Source: the human T2T-CHM13v2.0 reference genome, Homo sapiens
NCBI RefSeq assembly: GCF_009914755.1
Contig: NC_060937.1
DNA length: 64,000 bases
Reading direction: 5' to 3' (one strand)
The notes below the pieces were generated by a model, which saw nothing but the letters and a program-made list of their open reading frames with translations, searched no databases and had not been told where the DNA came from. The translations under genes and the position numbers were made by a program. Shown here piece after piece: positions 13,201-26,823 of the stretch (positions are counted from its first letter, which is position 1; each line of letters starts with the position of its first letter).

Positions 13201-13624
13201 TCCCACGCACTTTTTAGGTGTAATGGTCTAAAATTCTGTCTTCCTTAATTTCTTGAGAGTTTGACTCTTAGATGTCAGCAGTAAAGCTATGGGCCATTGG
13301 TATATGATTCTAGCCCCAAACCAATCAGTTCCCTCCACTGTCTGCAGTTGGTACCAGGTTATCTGGGAAAAAGCCACAGACAACCATCCAGTCCCCTTCA
13401 TGTACAGGCCAGAGGTTGATAGGAGGGGCTTCCTTACCAAATACTGTGGTCATATCGTCATCCATATTTTTAAAACTTGACTAACTTGACGGCAGTCCAG
13501 AACTTGAACCTAGGGGGAAATAAAAGCCCTATAGTTTAACAATGTTCATTGAATTTGCATTTGCTTCTCTTTAAATGGATACCGTTTTGTGGGTGCCCAC
13601 CAGCCCCCTCTAGAGGAAGGAGCC

Positions 13625-14095
13625 TGTCACGCGTATCCATATAGAAGACCACCTAAACAGGCTTTGTGTAAGCAACAAGGCTGTTTATTCACTTGGGTGC
13701 AAGTGGGCTGAGTCCGAAAAGAGAGTCAGCGAAGGAAGATAGGAGAGAGGCAGCTTTATAGGACTTGGGTAGGCAGTGGAAAGTTAGAGTTGAAGGTAGT
13801 TATCTGTTGTCAGCAGGAGAGGGGGGTCACAAGGTGCATGGTGGGGAGATCATGAGATCCATTGTCCAGGAGAAGAATGTCACAGGGTCGATTGATCAGT
13901 TAGGGTAGGGCAGGAACAAGTCATAATGTTGGAATGTCGTAAGGTTGGTTAATCAGTTAAGGCAGAAGCTGACTGTTTCACTTCTTTTGTGGTTTCTTGG
14001 CTGCTCCAGGCTTCTTGGCTCCTGCTGGGCATCTGGATATATACGTGCAGGTCACAGGGGTTACAATGGCTTAGCTCCAGCTCAGAGGCCTGACA
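13625..14095 (-). mobile_element. LTR7C (HERV-H) solo LTR
   Basis: Reverse complement begins TGTCAGGCCTCTGAGC (LTR7 family) and ends GGATACGCGTGACA; 471 bp; perfect 5-bp TSD GAGCC (13620-13624, 14096-14100). Confidence 0.9.
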
Positions 14096-14429
14096 GAGCC
14101 CTGCCTGAGTTCCAGTCCCTCCTGCAGGCCATGAGAGATGGCCCTGGGAAAGTTCTTTGGGATTTGGGCTTCTTGTCTGGAAAATGGGGGGAAATGTTCA
14201 TCCTCGGGGTGGCTGTGAGGATGGAGGACAATTGCCCAGGAGCTCTGAGCTAAGCCTGCCCTCCTGGTCCCTGGAATCACCCCTTGAGAGGCCGAGACAA
14301 CATCCTGGTCCCAAGGATGTCTAGGCTTACCCAGCTGTTTTGAGGTAAGCAAAGTAAGAGGGCACATCTCCTTTTGTGAAAGCAACACTTTGACCTCTTT
14401 CATGACAGCACCCGCAATGCATGCACCTG

Positions 14430-14976
14430 TGTCAGAGGCGTTTGAACCAGAGCCACTCCATCTTGAGTAGGGGCTCGGTAAAATAAGGCTGAGACCTGCT
14501 GGAGTGCATTCCCAGGAGGTTAGACATTCTAAGTCACAGGATGAGGCAGGAGGTCAGCACAAGATACAGGTCATAAAACCTTGCCGATAAAACAGGTTGC
14601 AGTAAAGAAGATGGCCAAAACCCACCCAAACCAAGATGGCAACAAGTGTGACCTCTGGACGTCCTCACTGCTACATGCCAACCAGCGCTATGACAGTTTA
14701 TAAATGCCATGGCAATGTCAGGAAGTTACCCTATATGGTCTAAAAAGGGGAGGCATGAATCATCCACCCCTTCTTCAGCATATCATCAATAAATAACCAT
14801 AAAAATGGGCAACCAGCAGCCCTTGGGGCTACTTTGTCTATAGAATAGCCATTCTTTTATTCCTGTACTTTCCTAATAAACTTGCTTTCACCTTATGGAT
14901 TTGCCTTGAATTCTTTCTTGCGTGAGATCCAAGAACCCTCCCTTGGGGTCTGGATTGAGACCACTTTCTTGTAAAA
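14430..14976 (+). mobile_element. MER41A 5' LTR
   Basis: Starts TGTCAGAGGCGTTTGAACCAGAG. The GGGGAGG-CATGAAT junction lacks the tandem-GAS block of MER41B. AATAAA at 14875-14880. Confidence 0.9.
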
Positions 14977-15672
14977 TCTTTCCGGTGAACCATGGAAGAG
15001 ATGATACTAAAGAGACCCCCAACCCAAAGGAAATAGACTGCACACTGATTGGCTGACCTTGTAAGTCATTTGCATTTACCCGGGTGAAGGGTGGGATTGG
15101 GTTAGAGGCCCAACTTAAGGGAGTTAGAGTCTCTCCTAAGACAGAGTGGGTTAAAGGCAACTCTTAATAAAAGGCAAGAAAGCTTGACTGAACTTGGGTT
15201 CAAGGCCCAACTTAGGAGGGTTAGAGTCCTTCCTAAGATTTAGGGGGTTAGAGGCCCCTCTCAGTAAGGTCCCTCTCAGCTAAGAACATGTTTGGCACTA
15301 AGGGATGTTAACTGCTATTCTCTTTGGATTAATCTGCCTTGCACTCTTTGCTGATGGCTATGGGTGACAGAATCATGGGACATGGGGGGCTTTTTGCTCC
15401 CTAAAGGGGGAAACTTGAGAGCTGATGGGACTGCTGGAAAAGATCCCTTTGCTACTGACAAGCGGCTGCCCGAACTTTTCAGTGTCACTACAATGGCTGG
15501 GTCTTTCTCTGGCCTCCTTGAGCTCTTCACCTTCCCCACCCTGCCACAGGCACTGCTTTCTCTCTCTTTCCTTTTCCTTTCTTATCTTTTCTATTACTCA
15601 GGGCGACCATCTTGCCCAGAGACCACAAGTTGAAACTCCCGGTTGGGGGTTGGATTAAAAGTGATGGGGCCC

Positions 15673-15943
<271 letters not shown>

Positions 15944-16895
15944 CTAAGCATAGTGGCTAATGTCCATGTTTTGTCATGTATTTTGCTCTGGCCAGAACAG
16001 AAAAAGATTATTTTCCTTTGTGTCGCGGCTTTGTCCCCAGGGCTGTGGAGCAGCGAGCCAGGTCACTAGGGCCATTCAGGGAAAGGGAACCCACCAGCCT
16101 GGCATGCCAGCAAAAGGGAAAGGATTTCTTACCAGTCAGACTTCTGGCCTCTCTCGTTCTCTCTGTGCAAACCATTCTCTCTCTCTGTGCCCGTTGAATG
16201 AATGGTAAAAATCAGTTTATCTCTTTCTATAAAGTTTTGATTAATAGGAAAAGGGATTCGTAAGGCTAGTCTTAAGCTGTAGTAAATCTGGTGTGCTTTG
16301 CATATTTTTCTGTATTGTTCTGTCATAAAGAGGGGTAACTTAGGATAGAATGCAGGCTTAGGACCCCATAAGCCTGCTGTTCAAAATGGCCTTGCAAACT
16401 GGTCAGTAACAAACTTTGCTGCAGGTCCCTGAGGAAAAAAAAAAACTGAATAAAGTTTTCCTCTCATCTTGTTTCATGTCCTTGGGAGCTTGACCTTGTA
16501 ACCATATGGCGGTACTTTCTCTTGGTCTCTGTCATCTGGAGAATAGGAATTTTGGAGTTCATGTAAGTTAGCCCTAAAAATCATCTCAAGCAGTTAAAAG
16601 CCTTCACAAGCTCAAAATCTGCTGCTCTGGGCTCCTTCTGATAAGAGCAATGGAGACTGCCCAAGGCTGTATGTAGGTCAGTAGCTAAGGCTTTCTCTCT
16701 TCACAGTGGCGGCCCAGGTTCAGGGCTCAATTCCTGTCTTAAAAAATAAGTCCTTTCTGGTTTAATATCTGTGTAAACATTTGTTAATTCTCTTCCCCTC
16801 CACAAATGGTTTTAAATTTTCCTTTCTCTAAGCTCCTGGGAGTTTACCTTTGGTAAAGTTCAAAAGCCAGAAATACTGGCCGTTTGGCCTGGCTA

Positions 16896-17286
<391 letters not shown>

Positions 17287-18634
17287 GAGCTCTGTGGTTA
17301 AAAATCAGCTTAATTAAAAGCAGATATTCAATTTCTAACCTGCTGGAACTCCTTGGGAAAAACAGAGGAGGCACCACAAACCCCATTTTGGAAAAATTCT
17401 GTTTTTCTCATAAAACCCCAGGAATTAAGAATGGATACGTCCCTCTCAAAATCTAAGGCTCTATTCTATTTTACTTTGTGTTATCTGACATTTATGACTT
17501 TTGGGGGTATCAAAAATTACTTCACATTATAAAAAAGCTTTGGTGTATAATAACTAGGTAAAAAATGTAATTTTATGAATGGCTAATGGCAGTTATGGGG
17601 GGATATGCTGCTCTTTGCACATTTGGATCAGAGAAGCATGCTCTTGGCCACCTAAAAGTTATGGAAATGTGTCCCCTAACACACACACTAAGAGATAAGA
17701 CTCCCATGGGGGAAACGCTGATCACAGAATGGGCTAATGCTCTCTTTTTAGAATCCAAAATCTGATATAAAAATGAGACCTTTAATTTTGGGGGATTTGT
17801 TTTGTCTTCCAGCTGTGCCTGCTTATTAGGCTGTAGAAACTGTTTTCCCAGCCCCATTTCTCCAAGGGCTCCACCCTGAAGCCAGTAATCAAATTAAAAA
17901 ATTGGCAAATGAAAAATCTTACATGCACTAAATATTGGTATGTGTTCCAAAATTATGGAAAACTCTTATAATTCTAATAGGACTTCGTGTACATTATCAG
18001 TAATAATTATAATTGTTGTGTTATTGTGTGACGCTGAGGTAAAAAATTTGTTAATTGTGGTTTTGACCATGGCTACCCTAAGACTTTGCCATCCACAAAC
18101 AATTGTCTTGTGCTAATCTCCTTCAAAAGGTGGTTTTATAATCAACTATAGGACTTTAACAGGTATGCTTAAATGCAGGTTTCTAATAACTTTGGAGATT
18201 GTAACATTAGAATAGAGGAAAAAAATTTTCAGCACTCATGGACAGCTAAAATGTTCATAAATATCAAACCAGAGTTATGCATGGACCAAACTAATAGAAG
18301 TCTAAAGTAGTCTTTTATCCCTTGTTTTGTTTTTCGGAGTCAAGGAAACTTTTCTTTTAAGCTATTTACAGCTTTTAACAATTAAGTCTACTCCTGTGAA
18401 CAAAAGTTGAAGCATATTTGCCTCTCTCTACCTGATTTCTTCAGAATTTGGAAACTATTTGTAAGTATTCTTATGGCAATACAGTTATTTGCATAAGTGA
18501 AATAAAAATCTGCTTTCTTTTGCAACAGGACACAATTAAAGAAACTGGTTATTTTACCAAGGATTTCACTGGAGTGATGTGCTTTCCTTTAAGGAATCAA
18601 GCTTAATTTACAGAGCCAATGAAAACCCTTTGGG

Positions 18635-18930
18635 GGCTGGGCACAGTGGCTCATGCCTGTAGTCCCAGCATTTTGGGAGGCTGAGGTGGGCAAATCACAT
18701 GAGGTCAAGAGTTCAAGACTAGCCTGGCCAACATGGTGAAACCCTGTCTCTACTAAAAATACAAAAATTAGTTGGGTGTGGTGGCATGTGACTGTAATCT
18801 CGGCTACTTGGGAGGCTGGGGCATGAGAATCACTTGAACCTGGGAGGTGGAGGCTTCAGTGAGCCAAGATTTTGCCACTGCACACCAGCCTGGGCAACCG
18901 AGCAAGACTCTTGTCTTAAAAGAAAAAAAA
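18635..18930 (+). mobile_element. AluS (Sx/Sz-like), full length
   Basis: Dimeric Alu with A-rich linker; degenerate TSD AAAACCCTTTGG / AAAATCCCCTTGG. Confidence 0.92.
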
Positions 18931-19918
18931 TCCCCTTGGTAAAACTGGCCTCATACCTTGTCTACATAGTCCCTGTACAGGGTTCCTGACCTGTGTTAAG
19001 TAAAAAATGTCACTTTCTGACAGGCCCAGGAGCCCCAAGTTATCTTAAAACCTCAAAAGAAAAAAATTCACCCAACTCATATAGGTATTTGAGGATACAA
19101 ACCCATGTCTGAACTCTGCTTTTAAAAAAACTGTCTTAACTGAGATTCCTTCTATGGAACAAAATTCCATCAAAGCCAATTTTAAAAGCCTGTGTGAATA
19201 ATAATTATTCTTGCTGCACTTTATACAAATAATCAGGCCAAGTATAATAAAGCAAATCAGTCATACCACAATTTGTCTTTGGTAAAAATGGGAGATGGGA
19301 AAGAAAAAACATTATGTTTCAAGAACTATGGTGTACCTGTTATTAAATTCTAGTCTCATCAGTTGTTTTTAAGTTTTTTTCCTGCAATTTAGACTAACTT
19401 TTCTTATTCCTGTGAACCAACCAGTGATCTATGACTGCTGCTCAGAAGAAACAAGATGTATGGGTAATGTAAAAGTCTAAATCAATATTCTAATTTTGGG
19501 CATGTATTAAAATCAGCTAGCAATCCCATATCAGCTCAGTTTCAACAATTGCCCATTTCATAAAATGCCTTCTAATTTAGTTTACTTGGGATAATTTTAC
19601 TTATTTTGCTTTACTGTTGTAAAACATATTGCCATTGTACTCTTTGTGTAAAAAGCAGAATAAGCTTACCAAATGTTCTCTTAAATTAAACACTTATTAA
19701 TCTTCCAGATATCACCTTTTGCTGGAACTCAAAAGTTATGAATGGCCCTTGCCACACCAATGCTTTCTAATTAAACTCCTCTCTACCCTGAATGCAAGAA
19801 ACTCAATAGTTAGGAATATCATTGCCCCTGTTCAGCCTAAAAAAATTACAAAAGATGGTCTTTGACCCTCTACAACTCTTAGGATTAAGGGTTCTCCTAT
19901 AAAAGAGAGGGAGGGAAA

Positions 19919-20479
19919 TGTCAGAGGTGTTTGAACCAGAGTAACTCCATCTTGAGTAAGGGCTTGGTAAAATAAGGCTGAGACCTGCTGGAGTGCATTC
20001 CCAGTAGATTAGAAATTCTAAGTCACGGGATGAGATAGGAGGTCAGCACAAGATCCAGGTTGTAAGGACATTACTGATAAAACAGGTTGTAGCAAAGAAG
20101 ATGGCCAAAACCCACCAAAACCAAGATGGTGACGAGTGTGACCTCTGGTCATCCTTACTGCTACACTCCCACCAGCACCATGACAGTTCACGAATGCCAT
20201 GGCAACATAAGAAAGTTACCACATATGGTCTAAAAAGGGGAGGTTTGAATAATCCACCCCTCCACCCCTTGTTTAGTATATAATCAAGAAATAACCATAA
20301 AAATGGGCAACCAGGAGCCCTTGGGGCTGCCCTGTCTATGGAATAGCCATTTGTTTATTCCTTTATTTTCCTAATAAACTTGCTTTCACTTTACTCTACG
20401 GATTTGCCTCAAATTCTTTCTTGAATGAGATCCAAGAACTCTCTTGTGGGGTCTGGATTAGGACGCCTTTCCGGTAAGA
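19919..20479 (+). mobile_element. MER41A 3' LTR
   Basis: Follows the PPT; about 11% different from the 5' LTR over the first ~210 nt (manual count). Confidence 0.9.
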
Positions 20480-20913
20480 CCTGGAAGCTTAGAAACATGT
20501 TCTGGGGAAATGGGAAACAGTTTGCAATGCTATGGCTGCATCATGAAGACCTGGCTTCATGGCTCTGTTTTAGGAGGGGCAGGACTCAGAGAGACGGGCC
20601 ACCCCCTTTCTCCTCCTTCATAAGCAAAGTGATTTCAGGGTGGCCCCATTTGCAGATAAGAGGTGGAGTCATGTGGGTGAAATGCTGATGTCTGGAATGT
20701 GGGTTATTCACAGGACCTGTGGCCTCCTGACCTGTAGCCTCAGCTGCCTGGCTGATAGCAGCTGACCCTGCTGAGTGACTCCGACAGTGAATGGTGATTC
20801 TGAGCACTTCTTTCTCCTTGTTAGCCCCCAAACAATGGTTCCTTCCTTCTGCCATTCACAGTTTTTCTTTATTGGAGGTGTGGTGTCTCAGTGTCCTGGG
20901 GCATTGCTTAGGC

Positions 20914-20934
20914 TCAAGGTCAAGGTCAAGGTCA
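20914..20934 (+). promoter_or_regulatory. Three overlapping TCAAGGTCA nuclear-receptor motifs (ERR / NR5A sites; DR0)
   Basis: TCAAGGTCAAGGTCAAGGTCA read directly; function untested. Confidence 0.35.
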
Positions 20935-21523
20935 GTCTCTTCCTCCAGCCCCGAGGTTGGGCTCAGCAGGGCCATGCACCTTCCCTTTCCTAGTGCACAG
21001 AGCTTTCCAGTGGTGTCTTCTAGGATCTGAAGTTCCAACACTAAACCAGTGACAAAGCTGATTTCCAAATGGCTTTAATGACAGACAATCTACACACCAA
21101 TCAACTAGTCTGAGCACATGAAGGCTCAGAACAATGAGGACAAATATGCAAAAAGGTCTGAGATGTGATGACAATTGCTTCCCAGTATGCTGACCTTCAG
21201 TAAATGAAACAAAGTATGGTTCTCTTTGGATGAGACATTAATGATCATTAAGAATGGGTACGGCTGCATCGTGCAAGTGCTTTGTTAAAAATATTCTTTT
21301 CATTTTGTGTCTGTCCCGTAATTATAATGGAAGTATTGTGCAAGTCAGCCAGTAAGCATGTGCAGTAAAATATTTGGGTTTTATAACATCAGTGTGGTTT
21401 TTGAAGTTCATTGTCAAGTGGAGTGGCTTTGCCATATCCTTCATGTGTCACCTCTGACTTCAGCCTCACGGTTTAAGATGAACCATGATGTTCATCTTAA
21501 TGATGAATGCTGTGTAATCATGA

Positions 21524-22106
21524 TGTTAAATATGAGTTATAAATTTCTCTTCAAAGAATTAATATGACAGTATGTTCAATTCTTTGCCTTCTACTTTTAA
21601 ACTTAACTTCCTTGTAAAGCAACCTTTTCTGATTATCTACTCCACCCTGACTCATTCTCCACCTTGACTCATTCTGATTACCTACTCCATCCTGACTCAT
21701 TCTCCACCCTGACTCATTCTGATTACTTACTCCACCCTGACTCATTTTCCACCCTGACTCATTCCGATTACCTGCTCCACCCTGACTCATTCTCCACCTT
21801 GACTCATTTCATAACCGTTTTTCCCTCCAAACAACTCACCCTGTCACTCTCTTTAAATTACTCAATCAGAATTAGTTTAGCCTGTACGGTCTAACCCTAG
21901 CCAATAGGGGAATGACAAAGCAGTAGGGACCATGTGCATAAGGAAAAATAACCCCTTTCCCTCCTTTGTCCAGGTGTGCACTCACCAGTCCTCCATCTGT
22001 AAGGGCATACCCTTCTATAGAAGTACCTTGCCCTGCTGAGAATTAAAAAGAAAATTTTATATTCGAGTGCTATTTCTTTTGTGGCACCGAAACTTTACTT
22101 ATAACA
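21524..22106 (+). mobile_element. LTR10F 5' LTR
   Basis: Starts TGTTAAATATGAGTTATAAATTTCTCTTCAAAGAAT and ends TATAACA; CCAAT at 21901, ATTAAA at 22042; contains the AP-1 VNTR. Confidence 0.88.
21628..21808 (+). repeat. LTR10 VNTR: 4 x 45-bp unit with 8 TGACTCA (AP-1) motifs
   Basis: TGACTCA starts at 21648, 21665, 21693, 21710, 21738, 21755, 21783 and 21800 (spacing alternates 17/28). Confidence 0.95.
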
Positions 22107-22109
22107 ATT

Positions 22110-22127
22110 TGGGGGCTCATCCGGGAT
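22110..22127 (+). other. Retroviral primer binding site, tRNA-Pro
   Basis: TGGGGGCTCATCCGGGAT, 17/18 match to the canonical Pro PBS TGGGGGCTCGTCCGGGAT, 3 nt after the LTR end. Confidence 0.88.
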
Positions 22128-22505
22128 TACATTCCCCTCCGGGGGTGGTCTCTGGTTCTCTCTTGTGAGGAGGTGCACCCCACCCCACTGTGGCGGCCTC
22201 AGGGGTGAGAAATCAAGACCCACCCAGTGTGAAGAATAACCTGAGCTCTCAGCTACATGGAAAGAAACTGGCTAGCAACCTAGCTTAAAGCATCCTCCAT
22301 AAGGGCCACACAAGTGTGTGCATGGACCGAGGAAAAGACACCATGGGAGCCGGTAAAGTATTTCCTTGGTGGTTGGGAGCAAGGTAAGAAAGCCGTGGCA
22401 GGGGGTGGTGAAGTACTCCTTGGTCAGGGTGGCTTAGAGGTTAAAAAGAGGTGAGACATCCCCATTGGCAGGGACTGAACCTCACACAAACCTCCAGTAA
22501 TAGAA

Positions 22506-22627
22506 AAGGCAAGTATGTTCCAGTGGTGGAAATTGAACCTCACCCCGAAAGGCAAGAAATTTCCAGTGGGGGGAATTGAGCCTCACCCCAAAAGGTGAGA
22601 AATTTCCAGTAAGGGAAATTGAACCTT
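22506..22627 (+). repeat. ~43-bp tandem repeat (~3 copies) in the HERV-I leader
   Basis: AAAGGCAAGAAATTTCCAGTGGGGGAA(A)TTGAACCTCACCCC-like unit repeated. Confidence 0.75.
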
Positions 22628-22651
22628 GAACTCTACCCCAAAACCATCAAG

Positions 22652-24375
22652 ATGGGAAATACCCCAAGCAAGACAGGGAGCAAGAAGGATAAAGATGGTA
22701 ACAAAGATATCCCCCCAGATAGCCCCCTAGGTCTCATGCTAAAATACTGGAAAGATAATGAAAGGATAATGAAAGGATTAAACATAGGAAAAAGCAACAA
22801 ATGATAAAATATTGCTGTTTTATTTGGACTCAGGGACCCATCCTCAGACCCTCAATCTTCTGGCCAAGGTTTGGATCAAATGAGGGTGTAATGTGTCAGC
22901 TTCTAATCTGATACATTAATGATAAAAGTCCAGTGTCCCAAGAAGAACTAGGCTATGCCCTTTGTTGGAGGGAAGGACCTGCCCTTCTTTTTCCCTTAAA
23001 AACAGATAGGGAAGAACCCAATCTAGCACATCAAAATTAAAAGTCAGAGGAGCCAGCTCTCATGCCTAAAGACTCCAGTGCATGGGATCCCCTAGACTAT
23101 CTTCCCCCATTCAGTGTCCTCAGTCTTTCCCCTCAGACAGCCATTGCCGCCTCAGATCCCTTTCCAAATTTCCCCTCTACTCACGTTGTCCCTCCTCCTT
23201 ATAACCCTGACTCTTGGGAATTACTGTCCCACCAGCCTGTTCCCTCCCAACCTAAATATCCCTCTCCAAAAGGACTCTAGTGTGAGGTAGAACAATGTAA
23301 AAAAGATATTCAGAATTTCCCATTTCTCTCTGTACCTAAGAGGTCAGCCCTGACCCTCTTCCCTTTGAAAGAGGTACCACGAGGTGGGGAGGGCCATTGG
23401 CTTTGTAAATGCTCCCTTAACCAGTTCAGAAGTCTGGAATTTTAAAAAGGAGCTTAAACCACTACTAGATGACCCTTATGGAGTGGCAGACCAAACTGAC
23501 CAATTCTTAGGACCTCAGTTATACACTTGGGTGGAGTTAATGTCCATCTTGGGCATCCTCTTTTCAGGGGAAGAAAGGAGTATGATTCACAGGGCTGCTA
23601 TGGTAGTTTAGGAATGTGAGCACCCTCCTGGTGAAAACTTTCCTACCGCAGACCAGAAATTCCCTGCCCCTCGAGACCCCCAGTGGGACAATAACGATGC
23701 AGGTCACTGGGAAAATATGCAGGAACTAAGGGAGATGATAATAAAAGGAATTTGGGAATCAGTACCCTGAACCCAAAATCTTTCTAAAGCATTTGTTATA
23801 CAACAGGAAAAGGATGAAGGGCCTATGAGATTCCTAGACAGACTGAGGGAGCAAATGAGGCAATATGCAGGCCTCAATTTGGATGATCCCTTTGGGCAAG
23901 GAATGTTGAAATTCCAGTTTGTCACTAAAAGTTGGCCAGACACTTCAAAAAAGTTGCAAAAGATAGACAATTGGGAAGACCGTCTGCTAAGTGAGCTCCT
24001 CAGGGAAGCTCAGAAAGTATATGTGAAAAGGGATGAAGAAAAACAGAAACAAAAGACAAAACTTATGTTTTCCACCTTCCAACAGATGGCTCCAAACCCA
24101 GGTACTTCTAGACAGAGTTTCCAGGGAGCCAGAAACTATAAAGGGTCTAAACCCTATTTTAAAGGACCCAGCCTCCATCTGGAGGACCAAGGTCCAAGTT
24201 TACCAGGCCCCCTAAAGAGTATGGGGGAGCAAAGTTAAAGAATCCCAGAACTAAGAGGAAGGAAGGACAAGATAAGTGCTATAGATGTGGAAGAACAGGC
24301 CACTTCAAGAGAGGATGTCCTGAACTAAGAAAGGAGAAAGAAGCCCTTCCACTCATGACTTTCAAGGAAGAATAA
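22652..24375 (+). pseudogene. gag: HERV-I gag, disrupted
   Basis: MGNTPSK myristoylation-type start, PPPY late domain, MHR-like QQEKDEGPMRFLDRLRE and zinc knuckle CYRCGRTGHFKRGC (24277-24318). Multiple stops and frameshifts, including an 11-bp duplication at ~22754-22775. Confidence 0.88.
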
Positions 24376-26823
24376 GGGAGTCAGGGGCTCTGTCTCTTTT
24401 ATCTTGAGTCCCACCAGGAGCCCCTGATAAATTTGGAGGTGGGACCTAAACATGAGCTTATCACTTTTTTAGTTGATTCAGGGGCTGCTCACTCCTCTGT
24501 TTGTTTCCCCTCGTCTAATGTTGTCTCCTCCTCAGAGGAACTTTTAGTCTCCAGGGTAAAAGGGGAAGGGTTTAGAGCAAACATTTTAGAAAGCACAGAA
24601 GTTAGATACGAGGATCACTCAGCTCATATTCAGTTCTTGTTAATCCTTGAAGCAGGAACTAATTTACTGGGGAGGGATTTAATGTTAAAGTTGGGCATAG
24701 GTCTACAAGTCAGCCCAAGAGGATTCCTCACTTCATGAAACCTACCCACCAATGCGGATGAAAAATATATTAATCCTAATGTCTGCCCAAAGAAGGAAAC
24801 TGAGGGAAACTCCAAGTCCCTCTGATCCACATCATGCTAAAAACCCCAGGAGAAGTAGTAAGAAGGAAGCAATACCCTATTCCCCTAGAAGGTAGGATAG
24901 GGTTGAAACCTATAATCAAAGACCTTATTAAGGACAGGTTTCTGAAGCCCCGTATGTCTCCATATAACACCCCAATACTGCCAGTCAAGAACAGACGGGT
25001 CATACCGGCTAGTACAGGACCTTAGAGCTATCAACCAAATAGTCCAGACTACCCACCCCATTGTCCCCAGTCCTTACACCATTCTTAGCAAGATTCCATA
25101 TAATCATCAATGGTTTACTGTAATAGATTTGAAGGATGCTTTTTGGGCATGTCCCCTGGCTGAAGACAGCTGATATATTTTGAATGGGAGGATCCCCACT
25201 CAGGGCGGAAACAACAATATCAATGGATGGTCTTGCCTCAAGGGTTCACAGATTCCCCTAATCTTTTTGGCCAAATTTTAGAACAAGTACTAGAAAAAGT
25301 TGTCATCCCAGAACAAATATGCCTTCTTCAGTACGTGGATGACATTCTTATACCTGGTGAAGATACAGAGAAGGTAACTGACTTCTCTACACATATTCTT
25401 AACCATCTGCAGTTTGAGGGGCTACAAGTCTCAAAAAGAAAGCTTCAGTATGTAGAGCCCGAAGTTAAATATTTAGGCCACTTGGTAAGTGCAGACAAGT
25501 GAAGAATAGGGCCTGAATGAATCGAGGGAATCATGTCCCTACCCTTGCCTCAAACTACCAAGAATGAAAAACTTGCCCAGCAGAAGCCTAACCATCTCCT
25601 GTGGACTTCTGAGGAAGTTGATCAAGTTGAGGAGCTGAAGAAAAGGCTCATAGCTACCCCTGCTTTAGCCTTACCCTCCCTAGAAAAGCCATTCCACCTT
25701 TTTGTTAATGTGGACAGTGGGGTAGCTTTAGGAGGCTGACTCAAGAACACGGAGGCCACCAGCAGCCTGTAGCCTTCCTATCAAAGGTCTTAGAACCAGT
25801 CACTTGTGGATGGCCTCAATGCATCCAGTCTGTCATGGTTACAGCAATACTAGTCGAGGAAAGCAGAAAGTTAACCTTTGGAGGAAAATTGACAGTAAGC
25901 ATGCCTCACCGAGTTAGAACTATCTTAAACCAGAGAGCACGGAGATGGCTTACTGACTCAAGAATCTTAAAGTATGAGGACATTCTGTTAGAAAAGGATG
26001 ATTTAACATTGACCACTGATAATTCACTCAATCCAGCAGGTTTCCTAACAGGGAATCCAAATCTAAGGAGGGAACACACATGTTTAGATTTTTTAGACCA
26101 GACATAGGAGAAACCCCCTTCTGGACTGGACAGCACTTATTCATAGATGGTTCCTCCTGGGTGATTGAGGAAAAAAGACAAAATGGGTATTCAGTGATTG
26201 ATGGAGAAACTCTTACAGAAATAGAATCAGGAAAATTGCCCAACAGTTGGTCTGCTCAAACGTGTGAGCTGTTTGCACTCAGCCAATCCTTAAAGTAACA
26301 GAACCAGGAAGGAACCATCTATACAGATTCCAGGTATGCCTTTGGAGTGGCCCATACATTTGGGAACATTTGGACTGGACGAGGTCTCATTAATAGTAAA
26401 GGTCAAGGCCTTGTTCACAAGGAGCTGATCACTCAAGTATTGAATAATCTTCAGTTGCCGGAAGAAATAGCTATTGTCCATGTTCCCAGCCACCAGAAAA
26501 GCCTTTCTTCTGAAAGTCGAAGAAATAACCTAGCAGATCAGGTAGCTAAGCAGGCTGCTGTGTCTTCTGAAATGCGTATTTTTCACTTAACTCCCTGTCT
26601 CCCTCCTCTTACAGTAATCCCCATTTTCTCTTCCACTGAAAAAGAAAAACTAATAAAAATAGGCGCTAAAGAGAATTCAGAAGGAAAATGGGTACTGCCA
26701 GACCAGAGAGAAATGTTGAATAAACCCCTTATGAGGGAAGTCTTACCCCAACTACATCAGGGGATCCACTGGGGGCCCCAAGCCATGTGTGATGCAGTTC
26801 TCAGAGTTTATGGTTGTATAGGG
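24376..26823 (+). pseudogene. pol: HERV-I pro-pol, disrupted and 3'-truncated
   Basis: Protease FLVDSGA and LLGRDL; RT VLPQGFTDSP and LLQYVDDIL; RNase H LFIDGSS; IN N-terminus LHQGIHWG. Stops, frameshifts and internal deletions. Confidence 0.9.

Larger units (their letters stand above)
21524..26823 (+). mobile_element. HERV-I (HERVIP10F) provirus, truncated early in integrase; no env or 3' LTR
   Basis: 5' LTR10F, tRNA-Pro PBS, then gag, pro, RT, RNase H and IN start in colinear order. Confidence 0.9.

Noticed and set aside
14740-14770. Interferon-inducible STAT1 enhancer in MER41
   Set aside because: The tandem TTCnnnGAA block of MER41B is absent from both LTRs.
21628-21808. CRISPR-like array, or repeat-protein ORFs 21551-21790 and 21664-21894
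   Set aside because: The intervening sequences are themselves repeated (no unique spacers), the context is a eukaryotic LTR, and the ORFs are just translations of the VNTR.
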